In this document: in pieces, positions 1 through 15,624 of the stretch | Position numbering within the stretch: position 1 is the stretch's first letter | Layout: each line of letters starts with the position of its first letter | Assembly (NCBI GenBank): GCA_037447605.1 | Contig: CM074810.1 | Coordinates: forward strand, 3,506,880-3,570,879 | Length of the DNA: 64,000 nt | Source of the DNA: Zygnema circumcarinatum SAG 698-1b | Taxonomy: Eukaryota > Plantae > Zygnematophyceae | Direction: 5' to 3' | Notes under the pieces: model-generated | Databases searched by the model: none | Told to the model about the DNA's origin: nothing | The model's input: only the letters and a program-made list of their open reading frames with translations | Made by a program: the position numbers and the translations under genes

Positions 1-3000
1 GAATCAAACGAGGAACAGTTTAAATGGTAGCGGTAACTTTTTTGGGCGTAGAAAGATTTGGAAACGCGGGCCTTTTGAACTGACTGTTTTAAGCTCTCGC
101 CTGGAAAGAGGGACTTCATTATTGGGCCCTGTGAAGGAGAGGTCTTCCCGCATAGACCTTAACATAGACGTGGTCTATGGCGAGCATGGGAAGGCGAGTA
201 CATCCAGGCGTAAATGCCATGCATGCAACAGGAAACGGCGCATGTGAAGGAGTATCCCCCCTTTCCCCTCCTCCACGCCTCTCTCTCCCTCCCGCCCTCC
301 ATCTCTCCCTCCCTTCCCACACCGCAAATACACTCGAAGGCATGGGCCATGCCTGAGGCCCCCCATAACTTAGTAGCTCACGAAGATGGTATTCTGTCAA
401 GGGGGCACGCTATGGCGATCACTTCGCAACAAGATATCGATGAAAATGTTTCTCCGTCGCTTATATCATACAAAAGAAGGATGAAAAGAGTATGCGTATG
501 ACGATGTCAGAAGCAAGTTTTGTGAGGATTGTGACTTTTGTGAAATAGAAAGTGGGGGAGAAGGAAGAGAAACAGAGAGAGGGGTGAAGCAGAGACGGAC
601 GGGGAGTGGGGGGGGAGAAGGAGAGAGAGCGAGAGCTACAGGAACTCGACGCCCATTTCGACGAGTGCAATTCCTCAGAAGAATCACACCACCAATCCAC
701 CTGTGACAGTGGAATCGCCGATAAACCACAGATCCAACTTGTGACAACTTGGTCTGGTTGTGATCCGTGCTTCTTGCACGACTCTAATTGCAATTTTGTT
801 GGACAGTTCCGTTTCGTGGTTTCGTGGTTTCGTTTCGAGGCAGAATCTATCGCGCCCTCCCCCAAGAAATTGTACGGACTCGAATCTTTAGGCGGATCTG
901 AAGTTTTCAGAATTTTGAATTTTGAATTTTTTTCAGATTCGCCTAAAGATTGCATTTCAAGAAATCGTATTTTTCTAAGAGTAGATTCGAATCGGATCTC
1001 TCACATATCTTTGCCTTGCCGTTTAGCACTTCAGATTTGTCAGTTGAAAGTTGGTTAGCCAGTCTGGTCAGCTATACGAGTCAATATTGGTCATTAGGAT
1101 GACCAATGCGATAGGACATGAAACGATGCGATATTGGACGATTCAATATTGTTCGATAGTGGTCAATACGGCAGTATCCTTTCACAACGCAATGGCGTGT
1201 GTTTCAACGCGATACGCTTAACCGTTTTTGTACATGTGACACGCGACACTTGACGCGTCACGATGACGCAGAAAGTGACAGGGCCGCATGGGCAGAGGGA
1301 GAGGGAGAGGGAGAGGGAGAGGGAGAGGGGCGAGATAAAATAGAGACTGGGAGAGAGAGAAGGCCTCCAACATTCATGTGAAGTTTCATGTCTACCTCCT
1401 CCTCCTGCCCAGCCCAGCGATCTTCACATGTCGTCCTCCCACCCACATCACATGCATGCATCCATCCATGCCTTCATCCGTGCATTCGTGCATGCACCAG
1501 CCATGCAGTTGGCAACGATGTTGAACAATGTTGTACATGAAGCTTTGGACTCCGACAACAAAATTGGAAATTGGACGATGTGGCGACCCCAAATGTCATG
1601 CGCAGCCGTCAGATTGGTGAACAAACAATCGGACGAACCAAAACACGCCACGTCATCAATGTGATCCTTCGGTTGAACTCACAAGTTTTGGCATTTGCTT
1701 GTACATTCGGACGCGGTAGATTCCTTCCTATCTTGATCAATGGTTGATCTTCGAACCTCTCCAGATCCACCTACGATCCTAAATCTACCATTGATCCCGG
1801 ATCATCTCACGAGCCTAGATCAATCAACGCCTTTGAGTTGACCTTCTCGGATGACGTCATAACTGTACAGTGTGTACGTCAACACACACGAACAACATCT
1901 GTGAATCACCTATGCCGACGTCATCACGAACCAGAAACTTGCGCCATCGCTGCCAGGTTCAAATTTGCAGTTTTTTCCCTTCCAAGTTTTTTCAGTCCGC
2001 ACTCACCCGAGCAGGCGCAGACGCGTCAAGAACTGCAAATTTCCGCCAACTCATATTCCTATTGTCCCTTTATTTTACTGATAATTTTGCCTTAATAATT
2101 TCTCTGGTAAACTCCAATTTCCCTCTCCCCTCTTCTTTTCTATGCTTGCAGTTTCATGTTCAGTTGCAGTTGCAGTTTCAGTTCCAGTTCCAGGTCAAGT
2201 TCCATGTCCAGTTTCATTTCAGTTTCAGTTATAAAGTGCATGGAAAGAACGCATGCCATCCAGTTCATGATCATGATGCGGTGCAAAATGTGACAACTGT
2301 CACAATTTGATGTGAACGCGAGCTAACCGCAAGTTATATTTCACTTTTCCGAAATGTCGAATTTTTTTTCAGGTCTGAAGAAATTTAGGGTTTACACCTC
2401 CGTGAAGTTGCAATTCGTGTGGTCTTTAAGGTTTCAAGATCCCATTCGGATAATTTGAATTCTCAATTTTTTAGAAATTTTGACATTTTTTGTTATTTTT
2501 TAGGGTTTTTTTAAAGGGTTCCCAGGCTCTAATAGCAAATTGGATTTCAATATTTTTAATGATTTTTATTTTAGGACTTTTAATGCATTCAGTCGTAGGG
2601 TTTTCGGAGACCTCAACAATCTCAGGATGCTCACAGAACAGCAAAACCCTGAACTCTGATCCAAAGCGCAATGTTCGATTGTTTATGTTTTGTGCTCTCT
2701 CTCTCACATGTTTCTGTCTCCGTCCCTCTATCTCGGTCTGTCCCGCATTCTATCTCACTCTCATTTTTCTCCCTCTTACTTCGTTTTCCCCTCGTTTTCC
2801 CTTCTCTCTTTTTCGCTCCCTCTATTTTACTCCCCCCTCTCCCTCCCCTTCCTCCATTCCTCCCCTCCCCTCCCTCCACCCTCCCCTCCCTTCCCCTCCC
2901 TTCCCCTCCGTCCCCCTCCGTCCCCCTCCCTCTCCCTCCCTCCCCTCCCTCCCTCCCCCTCCCACTCCCTCCCCTCCCTCCCCTCCCTCCCTCCCTCCCA

Positions 3001-3684
3001 CTCCCTCCCCCTCCCTTCCCTTCCCTCCCCCTCCCTCCCCCTCCCTCCCCTCCCTCCCCCACCCTCCCCCTCCCTCCCCTCACCTCCCCTCCCTCCCCTT
3101 CCATTCCCCCCCTCCCCTCCCTCCCTCCGCCCTCCCTCCACTCCCGCCCCTTCCCCTCCCTCCCTCCATTCCTCCCTCCCCTCCCTCCACCCTCCCTCCC
3201 TTCCCTCCCTCCCCTCCCTCCCTCTCCCTCCCTCACCTCCCCTCCCTCCCCCTCCATTCCCCTCCCTTCCCTCCCTCCCCTCCCTCCCTCCCTCCCTCAC
3301 CTCCCTCCCTCCCCTTCCATTCCCCTCCCTCCCTCCCTCCCTCCCTCTCCCTCCTCCCCTCCCTTCCCTCCTCCCTCCCCTCCACTCCCTCCCTCCCCTC
3401 CCTCCCTCCGCCCTCCCTCCCTCCCTCCCTCCCTCTCCCTCCCCTCCCTCCCCTCCCTCCCTCCCTCCTCCCTCCCTCCCTCCCTCCCCCACTCCATTCC
3501 CCCTCCCTCCCTCCTCCCTCCCTCTCCCTCTCCCTCCCCTCCCTTCCCTCCCTCCCCCCACCCTCCCTCCCTCCCTCCCTCCCTCCCTCCTCCCTCCCTC
3601 CCTCCCTCCCTCCCTCCCTCCCCTCCCTCCCCTCCCTTCCCTCCTCCCTCCCTCCCTCTCCCTCCCTCCCTCCCAGCCGGCCCA

Positions 3685-4641
3685 ATGGGCGCGGGGCGGC
3701 GCACTACGACGTATTCATTCGACTCCGCGAGCGCGAAGGGCCCCCCTCAGTTCCGATGCCTCCCGGAGGAGGAGCTCGGGGGAGTCATTTTTGGGGCCAC
3801 GCGGGACACCATCGATGAGTGCATCGATGGGAGGCTGTTCGGTAGGCCCTCCCTCCCTTCCTCCTCTCTCTCCTTTCCGTCTCTCCCTTCTCTCCCTCCC
3901 TTCTCCCTCCCTCCCTTCACATCACGTGGTTTCTCGTGTGCATCACTTCTATTTGTCATTTGTTTTTCACTTGTACATCACGCTTTTTCTAGCTTTATCG
4001 CTTTTTTCTGTACATCAACTTCCTTTGTGACTTCACGACTTCGGTTTTCACTTGACGTTGGTAGTCACTTTGTTGAATACCAAATTCATTAGTCACATTC
4101 ATGACTATATATGACTATGTCCAATGCTTTTTGGACGTCCACCAGCATGTCTATTTCAAAATCTTCTCCCTTTTCCTTTCTATCCAACCCTCCCTCCCAT
4201 GCCCTCCCTCTCTTCTCTCTCTCTTCCTACATTCACTTCTCTCACCCATCTCGCACTCATCCCTCTCCCTACCCACAACCTTCGCCGCTTTCTCCCATTC
4301 TCCACCGTCCCTCCCCCCCTTCGCTCTCTCCACCTCCTCCCTCCCTCCCTCTTGCTCTCTCTCTCTCCCTCCCCCACCCCTCCCCTCTCCCTCCTCTCTC
4401 CCTCTCACAGGACTACCGCGAATCCACTACGAGTATGTGAAGAACATCCGCGATGGAATGCCCTTGTTTTTATTCAACTACTCCGACCGAACTCTTTTTG
4501 GCGTTTACGAAGCGGACGGATCGGGAGATCTCGATCTCGATCCGACGGCCTGGGCTTCAGTCAACTCGGGGGGGTTCCCTGCGCAGGTCGTAACGGAACG
4601 GTGGCTCTGACCCTTTCCATGTACATGTATACTCTTGGGGA

Positions 4642-4697
<56 letters not shown>

Positions 4698-5092
4698 TTC
4701 TCTCTCTCTCTGTCTCTGCCTTTTTTCTCTCATCATTTTCTTTGTCTCTGCTTTCTCTATCTCGCAATGGATTGGTCTACTATGAATCTCTCTATCGGAT
4801 GCTCTCTCACTGCGTCTCTCTCGCCCCCACTTTCCTCGCTCTCTCTCCTTTCACTTCCTTGCAAACGCTGTTAAGAGTCTCTCTCTCTCTCTCTCTCTCT
4901 CTCGCTCTCTCCCTCTCTCTCTCACTCTGTCTCTGCTTTTTTTCTCTCATCATTTTCTCTGCCTCTGCTTTCTCTATCTCGCAATGGATTGGTCTACTAT
5001 GAATCTCTCTATCGGATGCTCTCTCACTGCGTCTCTCTCGCCCCCACTTTCCTCGCTTTCTCTCCTTTCACTTCCTTGCAAACGCTGTTAAG

Positions 5093-5138
<46 letters not shown>

Positions 5139-5186
5139 TCTCCTCTCTTTTCTCTATCTCGCACTTGTTTATCCTCCTAAAGCTTC

Positions 5187-5227
<41 letters not shown>

Positions 5228-8200
5228 TCTCTCTTCTTTTCCCCCTTTATCCCTTTCTCTCCCCTTTCTCCATCTCACACCCTCTCTCCCTTACCCCTTC
5301 CTGCGAACCTCCCTCTCTTTTTCAGGTGAGAGTGAGGGTCCGGACTCCATGCAAGCCTTTAACAGAATCAGTATTCGGCCCCGCTCTAACCGACAACTAC
5401 TTCCAAGGGAAGCATTTCATGTTCGAACTCGATAGAAAGCAAGTCGACTCTCTCTTTCGATTATTCGGAGTACGGCCAAAACTTAAACCTCAGCGCCCTC
5501 CCTCTCATGCTGCAAGCTCGTCCTCTTCTGTTCCAAATGCTTGGGTTCAGAAACCACTAAATCTCGCAAAACTGAGTGAAGGAAACGGAAATCATTCGAA
5601 TTCAAAGGCAGAGGAGGGAGGGGAACAGTTGGCAACCAAATTGAGAGCTGTGAAATTGGACGAAAAGGAGAGGGTTCGAATGGAAGAGGAAGCCCTTGAA
5701 AAGTTTCGTGTTGTTGCGGGGAATAAAAATAATCATCGAAATGTGGAGAATAATTCTAATGGGAGTATTGGCGGATATAGTGATAGTAGCCACAATGTGC
5801 ATGCCCGAAATGAGCAGTCGAGAAATGAGCATCTTGGAAGAAGGAGGGAGCAAAATAACCCATCATCCGGATGGAACGTGACACCTGTCACGGAATGGGA
5901 CCCTCCCCATGTTAGTAATAAGACATCATCTTCTGCATGGGCGCCAAGTGATGTAACGCCGGCGCCGACCTCATCCGTACAGTCCGTACCATGGTGGACA
6001 TCACCAGCCCAACATCATCAGGGAGCTCAAAATGTGGTCCAACATCCTCCCACTGCTCAATATGGAGCCAATGGATGGGTTCAAGGACAAGTCCAACATC
6101 ATCAAAACATCGGTGACATAACAACAGCATTCACAACATCATCTTCACCGGTTACATCACAAGCTCCTCTTGCAGTCTCTAATGCAGCAACAGCTGTCTC
6201 AATGAACCAACAAATGGTGGCCCCCAATTCTTCCCTGAATTCTGAAAGAGGGAGAATTTCACAGACATGGAACGGAGAGATGGGGTTTTCAAATCCGGGG
6301 GGAGGGAGTGGGGGGGGAGTTAGCCAATGGGAGGCAGCGGAACAGGCTCATATTCAGAGGGAGCAGGAGACTCTTAGGAAGGAGAGAATGAGATTGCAGG
6401 AGAGGATGCAGGCAATGGACCCTCTAGTAGCTCACTCTATTCAGATGAGCTTTGAAATTCATGCCAGCGTGCTTTATCAGGTGAGTTCTATCAATATTAC
6501 TAATATAGCTGTCAATTATAGTAGAAGGATAAAGTTTACCGTAGCACTACCAGCAGGTATTTTTACTTTGACCTTGCCTCCAATGGTAATTTGGGGATCT
6601 TGAGAGAGAGGAGAGAGAGAGGGAGAAAGAGATGAAGAGAGAAAGAAAGAGAGAGTGGGAGGGAGAGGGATGGAGAGGGGGGGAGAGAGAGAGATAGGGA
6701 GGGGGAAGGGTTGTGGGTTGAGGATTTGGACTATGGGTTTTTTGCATTATGTTTTCTTTCATGCTATTTTGGGTGAAACTCAGATCTGAAAGTTGAGTTT
6801 TTGCTTCTACCCACCTTTTTCCTTTGTTTTATTTTGGTTATGAGGTTGGAACAGATGAGGCAGGATTCTCTGGAAATGAAAAAATCGATGGAAGAGACAA
6901 AGGCGAAATCTCAGCGATTGGCAGATCTCGATATTTTGATATCGAGAAATACCGTGTTGGAGAACAATCAGGTCAACTCTAAAACCTAAAATCAGGTCAA
7001 TCCCTTCAAAAAAAAAAACCTACAAACCGTAAAAGTGGGTGGCAAACCACTAAAACCTCGTAGGTCTGAAGCTATCAAACTGCAAACTTAAAACTGCAGA
7101 ATGAAAAGTAAATAAAAATAAATTGAATAAATAGAATGAATTGCAGCAGGTTTCCAGTTTGTAGGGGTGATTGGAAACCTGAAAAATCGTAAAAGCTGCT
7201 TTAAAGTTAGTTTTGGTTTCCAAATTTTACTCAGCAACACACGAAGTCTGCAATGTAAAGCACATTCATAACTTTAGTCATGAAAGTGGCAGAAAATAGG
7301 AGAAGTTTACTTTATTGAGGTTTGAATGGGTTTTTTTTCACCAGGTGGTGATGATGCAACAAATTCAAGCACTTCAACATGAGGTCGGAATGATGAGAGG
7401 GAAATTTAATGAGTGGGTAAGGCAAGAGGAAGAGGACGAGGAAGTGGGAGAGGGAGAGAAACTGGGAGAGGGAGTGGGAGTGGGAGTGGGAGTGGGAGAG
7501 GGAGTGGGAGTGGGAGTGGGAGTGGGAGAGGGAGAGGGAGAGGGAGAGGGAGAGGGAAAGGGAGAGGGAGAGGGAGAGGGAGAGGGAGAGGGAGGAGAGG
7601 GAGAGGGAGAGGGAGGAGAGGGAGTTGAAGTAGGAGTGAGAGATGTCGTAGAAGCTGAAGGAGGAGGAGCAGAGGGAAAAGAGGAAGGATATGAAGCGGA
7701 AATTGAAGTCGAAAACAAGGTAATCGAGAAAGGAATTTTGGCCGACTCGACCGGCCGGGAGATAACCCAAAGAAATGATTTTTTGGGCTCTCAAATTTTC
7801 TTTATGGGGGGCTACAAGCATGAAAAATGGATTGATACTGTGGTAGCTTTTTCCCCAGAAAGAAACCACTGCGAAAAATTGTCCTCAATGTCGAGAATTC
7901 GGTCATGCGCAGCATCCGCAGTTTTGAACTCAAAAATTTTTGTATTTGGGGGAGGGGACGGAGAGAACTGGTATGACTCAGGTGCGAAGTCAGAGCCTCT
8001 AATGCTCAAAAACTCCTATCTCCCTCTCTCCCTCCATCCCTCCCTTCCACCCTCCCTCCATCCCTCCTTCCCCTGCCTCTTCTCCTCTCCTCCCTCTCCC
8101 TCCCTCCTTCCCTCCTATCCCCCCTCCCTCTTTCCCTTGCCTTTTCTCCCTCTCTTCCTTTCCCCTTCTCCCTTCCATCCGTCTCCCCTTCCCTTCCTCC

Positions 8201-8942
8201 TCCCTCCCTCCTTCCTCTCCTTCCTCTCCCTCCCTACCTCTCTCCTCTCCATGCTTCACCCTTCACATCTACTACTTTGGAGACCATAAAAGCCTTTCAA
8301 TAATGGTGATGCCCTTGTGGCTTCAAATACTTCTTTCTGACTCTCCCTCCACTCTCTCCCTCTTCCTTTCTCCCTCCCTCCCCTCCTTTTCTCCTCTTCT
8401 CTTTCCTTTTCCTTTTCGTCATCTCCCCTCCTCCTTCCTCATTTTCCTTTTCTCCTAAAAGTGGGAGTGGGAGCGAGAGATAGGAGAGAGACTCCTGAAA
8501 CCTCCCTACCCCCTCCCTTCCTTCCTCCCTCCCTCCCTCCCTCGTTTAGCCCTATTCCCCTTTATCCTCCCTCCCTCCCTGCCTCCCTCCCTCCCTCCCT
8601 CCCTCCCACTTTTAGCCCTATTCCCCTTTACCCTCCCTCCCTCCCTCCCTCTCTCTTTTAGCCCTATTCCCCTTTACCCTCCCTCTCCCTTAAAGCTGAT
8701 TTTGGCCCCCTCCCCCTGCCCCCTTCAGCGGAGGCCTACAACAGGGAGCTCAATGTATGGGTCGACTGCGCTCCGTTGCAACGGAGTCGTGGCAGTTTAG
8801 CGGGCGCCGTTTGCATGGAACGCCTGTACGCGTTGGGCGGCGGCGACGGAACGGCGATGTTCCATGACGTGGAGTGCTTCACGCCGGCACTCAACGCGTG
8901 GATGCCCGCTCCGCCCATGCAGGATATTGTGAGTGCATGGGC

Positions 8943-8981
<39 letters not shown>

Positions 8982-11688
8982 NNNNNNNNNNAGGGAGAGG
9001 GATGGAGAGGGAGGGAGAGAGAGAGGGAGGGAGGCGGAAGGGAGGGGGGAGGGAGGGGTGGGAGGGAGAGAGAGGGGAAGAGGGAGGTGGGAGGGGAAGG
9101 GGGAGGGGGAGGGGGGAAGAGGAGGGTGGGGGAGTGAAGGGGAGAGTGGAGGGGAGGGGGAGGGGGAGGACAAGGGGGAGAGGGGACGGAGAGGAAGAGG
9201 CAGAGGGAGCGGGAGGGAAGGCAAGGGGGGAGTGGGAGAGTGAGATGGAAGGAGAGAAAGAGAAGGGAAGAGGAAGAAGGGATAGAGAGAGATGGAGGGA
9301 AAGGGAGGGCTAAGGGCGAGAGAGAGGGTTAGGGAGAAATTTCCAGGGAAAGAGGACGGTGAGGGGGAGGGGGGGAGTGAACGGTATGGGAAGAGGGAGA
9401 AGGAGAGGGAGAGGAAGAGGGTGAGAGAGAGGTTGAGGAATAGCACGAGCGAGGGGGGGGAGGAAACAATAACTGACAATCCTCTCTCCTACCTCGTCCT
9501 TTGATTTCCTGCCCTCTATCCCCTCCTGAACCCCTCCCTCCGTACACCGTAACTGTTTCCGTGTCACAGTACATGTGTGCATTTTCACAGATCATCCGCA
9601 TAGAAAGAGCCGTCGTATCTGCTAACCTTTGTACGGAACTGTGGCATGGAACTTCAGCGGTTTTGTATGGCGGCTGCGGAAGTCAACGGCTCAGTTTACG
9701 CCTTGGGAGGGTACAATGGATCGACATATCTCCAGTAAGGGAATATCATAATCTTAAGAATAATACTTATAGGGAGTATCATAATAATAATTAGAATTAT
9801 CGAAGTATTACCAGAGTATACATTTAGGTCCATGTTGTAAACCCACCTCCTCTTTCTTGGGGTGTAATTGTCCTGAAAACCACGTGGAAAATCAGGGTGA
9901 AATATGCTGAACTTCTAAACTTTTTAGGGTTGTTAATTTCCTCAGAATTTCATAGCTTTGCTGGGTCTCTGATCTCGTGAGGTCCTTAGGGTTCTTCCGA
10001 AGAATCCATTAAGGCTTTTTGGGTCGTAAACGCTTTCACGGTTTCTGAGGTTTTTCGAGATTTAGGGTTTTTAGGGTTTTGGGGCCGGCGGGGTTCAGGA
10101 GCATGGAGCGGCTCGACCCCCGCGAGGGTCGTTGGATGTACTCCGCGGCGATGGCCTGCAAGAGAGGGAGCCTCGCCGCCGCCGTGCTCCGCGGGAAGAT
10201 GTGAGGGAGAGGGAGAGGGAGAGGGAGGGNNNNNNNNNNGGGCGAGGTGAGGAGGTGGGTGTGAGGAGGGGCAAATGGGGGGCGGAGGAGGGGGGAAGAG
10301 GAAAGGAAGAGTAGCGGGGGAGGACGGGGAATGGGTGGTGGAGGGGGGGGAAGAGGGAGAGGGAGAAGGAGAGGGAGGGAGGGAGGGGGAGAAGGAGAGG
10401 GTGAGGGAGGAAGGTGGAGAGGGAGAGGGGGTGTGAAGGGAGGGGAGGCGGGGGGAGGGAGAGAGCGGAGGGGAGAGATGGGGAGAGGGAGTAGGGAGGG
10501 GTGGCGAGGAGGGAGAGAGGGGGGGGGCAAGGGAAGGGGAAGAGAGGGAGGCGGGGAGCCGGGAGGGGCTGGGAAGTCGGTGAAGGGGAGACGGGGAGAG
10601 GGAGAGAGTGCGAGTGTGGGAGCGGGAGGTGGGAAGGGGAGAGGGAGCGACTGGAGGGAGGTGGGGAGGGGGAGGGCGGGGACAGTAAGAGAGAGGGAGA
10701 GAGAGAGTTTGAGAGGCGGTGGGAAATGGGATTGTGGAAGTGTGAGGGAGAAAGGGAGATGGTGGGAAGGAGAGAGAGAGTGGCCGGAGAGAGAGAGAGA
10801 GGGTGTGAAGGAGATATGGAGAGAGAGGGGGGGGTGTAAAGGAAGGGAGGGAAGAGTGAAGTCTTTTATTTTTTTTTCCCTGCCCTAAATGTTTTCTTTT
10901 TTTGGATTTGAATTTTCCAGATACTCTCTTGGAGGCTTTGACGGAGCGCGATTTTTGGATTCCGTGGAATGCTATGAGCCTCGAACTAACACGTGGCAGA
11001 TTGTGAGTGGCTCCGCTATTTAAAGTCACACCCTGTGCTCTACGTGCACAGCCCGTAGAAATTTCAGAAACGTTTGTTTTTTCGTTTCTATCATAGATTC
11101 ATTTGTAATTGCACTTGGTTTCTTTATTTTTCCGTTTATATTGTCTTTTATACCGCGCAATTCTGCGGTTTTTAGATTTTATTTAGAGATTTCAGGGTTT
11201 TTAGTCAGATTTTAGCCATTTTCGGGAGGGGCAGGCCCCGAGCATGGCCTCTGCGAGAGCGTACGGCGGAGCCGCAGTTGTGGGAGACTACCTCTACGCC
11301 ATTGGAGGGCTCAGCGGGCAGGTGCACATCGAGAAGGTGGGCTCTCCCTCACTCCCTCACTCCCTCACTCCCTCTCCCTCTCCCTCTCCCTCTCCCTCTC
11401 CCTCTCCCTCTNNNNNNNNNNTCTCCCTCTCCCTCTCCCTCTCCCTCTCCCTCTCCTCTCTCCCACCCCCTGCCCTCCCGCTCTTCCTTCCTTCGCCCTC
11501 CGTCCCTCCCTCCCTCCCCCCCTCCCTCCCTCCCTCCCTCCCTCCCTCCCTCAACCCTAATTTCGACCCAGCTGAGGCCGAGTGGGCCGCAGATAGAGCG
11601 CTTCTCGGAGGCCTCCCAGTGGGAGGAGGTCGACGTGGGGGAGGGCGCATCCTTCGTGCGGAGCTTCCTGACAGTGGCGGTTCTGTGA
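3685..11688 (+). CDS. DCD (development and cell death) domain + coiled coil + C-terminal Kelch-repeat protein, 11 coding exons
   Basis: Exons read with GT-AG boundaries and consistent phases: 3685-3841, 4411-4586, 5326-6480, 6855-6971, 7345-7981, 8729-8928, 9658-9734, 10099-10200, 10921-11002, 11235-11336, 11593-11688. Starts MGAGRR; DCD motif LGGVIFG...LFGLP...[23 protein letters not shown]; Kelch repeats such as [80 protein letters not shown]. Confidence 0.9.
4700..5130. repeat. ~217-bp tandem duplication in intron 2 of the DCD-Kelch gene
   Basis: Block containing GCAATGGATTGGTCTACTATGAATCTCTCTATCGGATG...GCAAACGCTGTTAAGAG occurs at 4764 and 4981, bounded by (CT)n runs. Confidence 0.9.
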
Positions 11689-12126
11689 TCGGAGGACCAA
11701 TCAGAGGCTGCCACGTGGCCCTGCAGCCTCGTGATTCGGCAGAAAGCTCAGTGGCAGTTTCCTCGTTGGTTGGTTTCTATGCATGTGACCTGCCTTACGC
11801 CGTTTTGCGTTGCTTATGCAGTTTCCATGCTGTTATGTTCTGTTCGACTCTCTCCGATGGGAGCTCATAAAGTTCTATGCTGGTCCATTTTGTTCCGTTC
11901 CGTTCCGTTCCGTTCCGTTCCGTTCCGTTCCGTTCCGTTGTCTGTACCCGTTCCATGCCTGTCGGTTGCGTTGGGAAAGGTCAGAGAGCTGATGGCTCTT
12001 GGTCTCTAAGGACGGCGCTCCATGTGGCTCTAGTTCCATAAATAAATTTAGTTCCTCAGTCCTTCACTTCTCCTTCTTCCCCCTTCTTCTTCTGGGAGCG
12101 AGAGAGAGAGAGAGAGAGGGAGAGAG

Positions 12127-12228
<102 letters not shown>

Positions 12229-13231
12229 GGGAGACAGGGTTTTTTAGCAGCTGAGCACTCGAGCATTGGGCGGCTGTGGGGAGGGTTTTGAGGTTTGGGG
12301 TTTCATGAAAACGAAAAAATAGGTGAGAGAAATAATACAACCCTAAGAACTTTAAAAACTTTAGAACCTAACACCCTAATAATGTTCAGTGTGAGGATGC
12401 TGCTGCATGGAAAGTACGGAGGTCAGTTATGAACAGTCGAACTGAGGGTCCACATAGAACGAGCCTCGGAAGCATCTCTCTTTTTGCAACCCTAACTCGT
12501 GGTCCATCCGACATCCCATCACAATGTTGGTATGAAAATGTTGAAGGGCCAAGTTGTGGCTCGTTGGACCNNNNNNNNNNAAAAAAGGGAATTTTACGAG
12601 ATAATTCGAAATTTTGAGGATCATGAAAGAATCCTGGTTTGGATTTTTCTTATTTTCCACGTGACGTGATCTGATTGGATGTAAACCATCCGCTTTCGAG
12701 GCTTTCGGACTTTTGAGTTTTTTTTTTCAAGTTTGCAAACCGGAAATGGTTTTCTGCAAAAAACTGCGACCGGAAATCTTGAATTTTTTTTGTCGAAAAA
12801 AATTCAAAAATGAAATCTTACAATGTTGGGGCAGGAAGAAATATATAAAGTGGGGCAGGAAAAATTATATAAAGTGGTGCGCTGACGTCATCATCGACCA
12901 TTCCGGATAGCGCCGCGCGCGCTTGAGGTGGAGCGGTGCCCTCGATCCTGAACCTCTTCCCGGACCTGATGGCTGCCGAGCCTCGACCGAACCTACCCTG
13001 TAAAATTCAGCATCTCATAGATAATACGATGCCGAACCTATTCCTGACTGGCTTCCGGGCCTCACCCCTGGGAGAAAACCTGTCAAATATGCCGAACCTA
13101 ATCCAAAGCTATGCCGAAGCTTCTCCATACAAAAACGTCGAACCTGCCGAGTAGGTTCGGGATTTGTCGTATTGCGAGCCGTACCTCGGAGGCTTGGAAG
13201 AGGTTTTGCTTCTCCGCCACATTTGCCCCTC

Positions 13232-13509
13232 TGCGACAAATGACGTCAACATGCGACAGTTTTGATCGCACACGCGTGTATAGAGCGTCATATATTGGTC
13301 GAGAGACTTCAAGCCGATCGTGCGATGACCTTTCTGCGACTTTTTGCGACGATTCGCGAGAGCGGCATGCGATCGCGGTGGAAGATTGCGCCATGCGACG
13401 GCTTGGGCGGTCTGTGCGACTCGGTGCGACAGGTCTTGTCGCTGACACGCGGCTGCGACGCGTCGGATTGGTTCATATGCGTCGCAGAAGGTGATGGGGT
13501 GCATGCGAC
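13232..13509 (+). promoter_or_regulatory. Cluster of 10 TGCGAC hexamers plus a TGACGTCA C-box upstream of ATG8
   Basis: TGCGAC at 13232, 13252, 13335, 13345, 13394, 13415, 13425, 13454, 13504 and reverse at 13481; TGACGTCA at 13241 (also 12883). Function is inferred. Confidence 0.45.
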
Positions 13510-13708
13510 GCCTCGGGATGGAAGGAAAGGGCGAGGGAGGGGGAGGGAGAGGGAGAGAGGGAGGTACGCTGAGTGAGTGGGAGAGGAGAGAGGTGTGGGG
13601 GGAGGTGACGAGGGAGAGGGAAAGAGGGAGAGGGAAAGAGGTAGAGAGGGAGAGAGGTGGAGGGAGAGGAAGAGGGGGCGAGAGAGAAAGGGAGAGAGAG
13701 GGAGAGTC

Positions 13709-15624
<1,916 letters not shown>

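Noticed and set aside
119-1058. Non-repetitive ORF fragments and possible minus-strand exons at the window start
   Set aside because: Could not thread a consistent spliced ORF or recognise any motif.
1735-1801. Short imperfect inverted repeat GATCAATGGT...ACCATTGATC
   Set aside because: Only a 10-15-bp stem, with no TSD or other support for a MITE or miRNA.
2490-4092. Long Pro/Ser/Leu or Gly/Arg/Glu ORFs here and throughout the window (e.g. 44061-44630, 61669-62993)
   Set aside because: Translations of CT/GA microsatellites in introns and UTRs, which lack stop codons by composition.
8929-11592. Idea that GA- and CT-rich blocks pair to bridge intron ends
   Set aside because: Most introns carry only one block type, with no consistent complementary 5'/3' arrangement.
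12970-13165. Repeated ATGCCGAACCTA-like motifs resembling transposon subterminal repeats
   Set aside because: No TIR pair or TSD could be defined.
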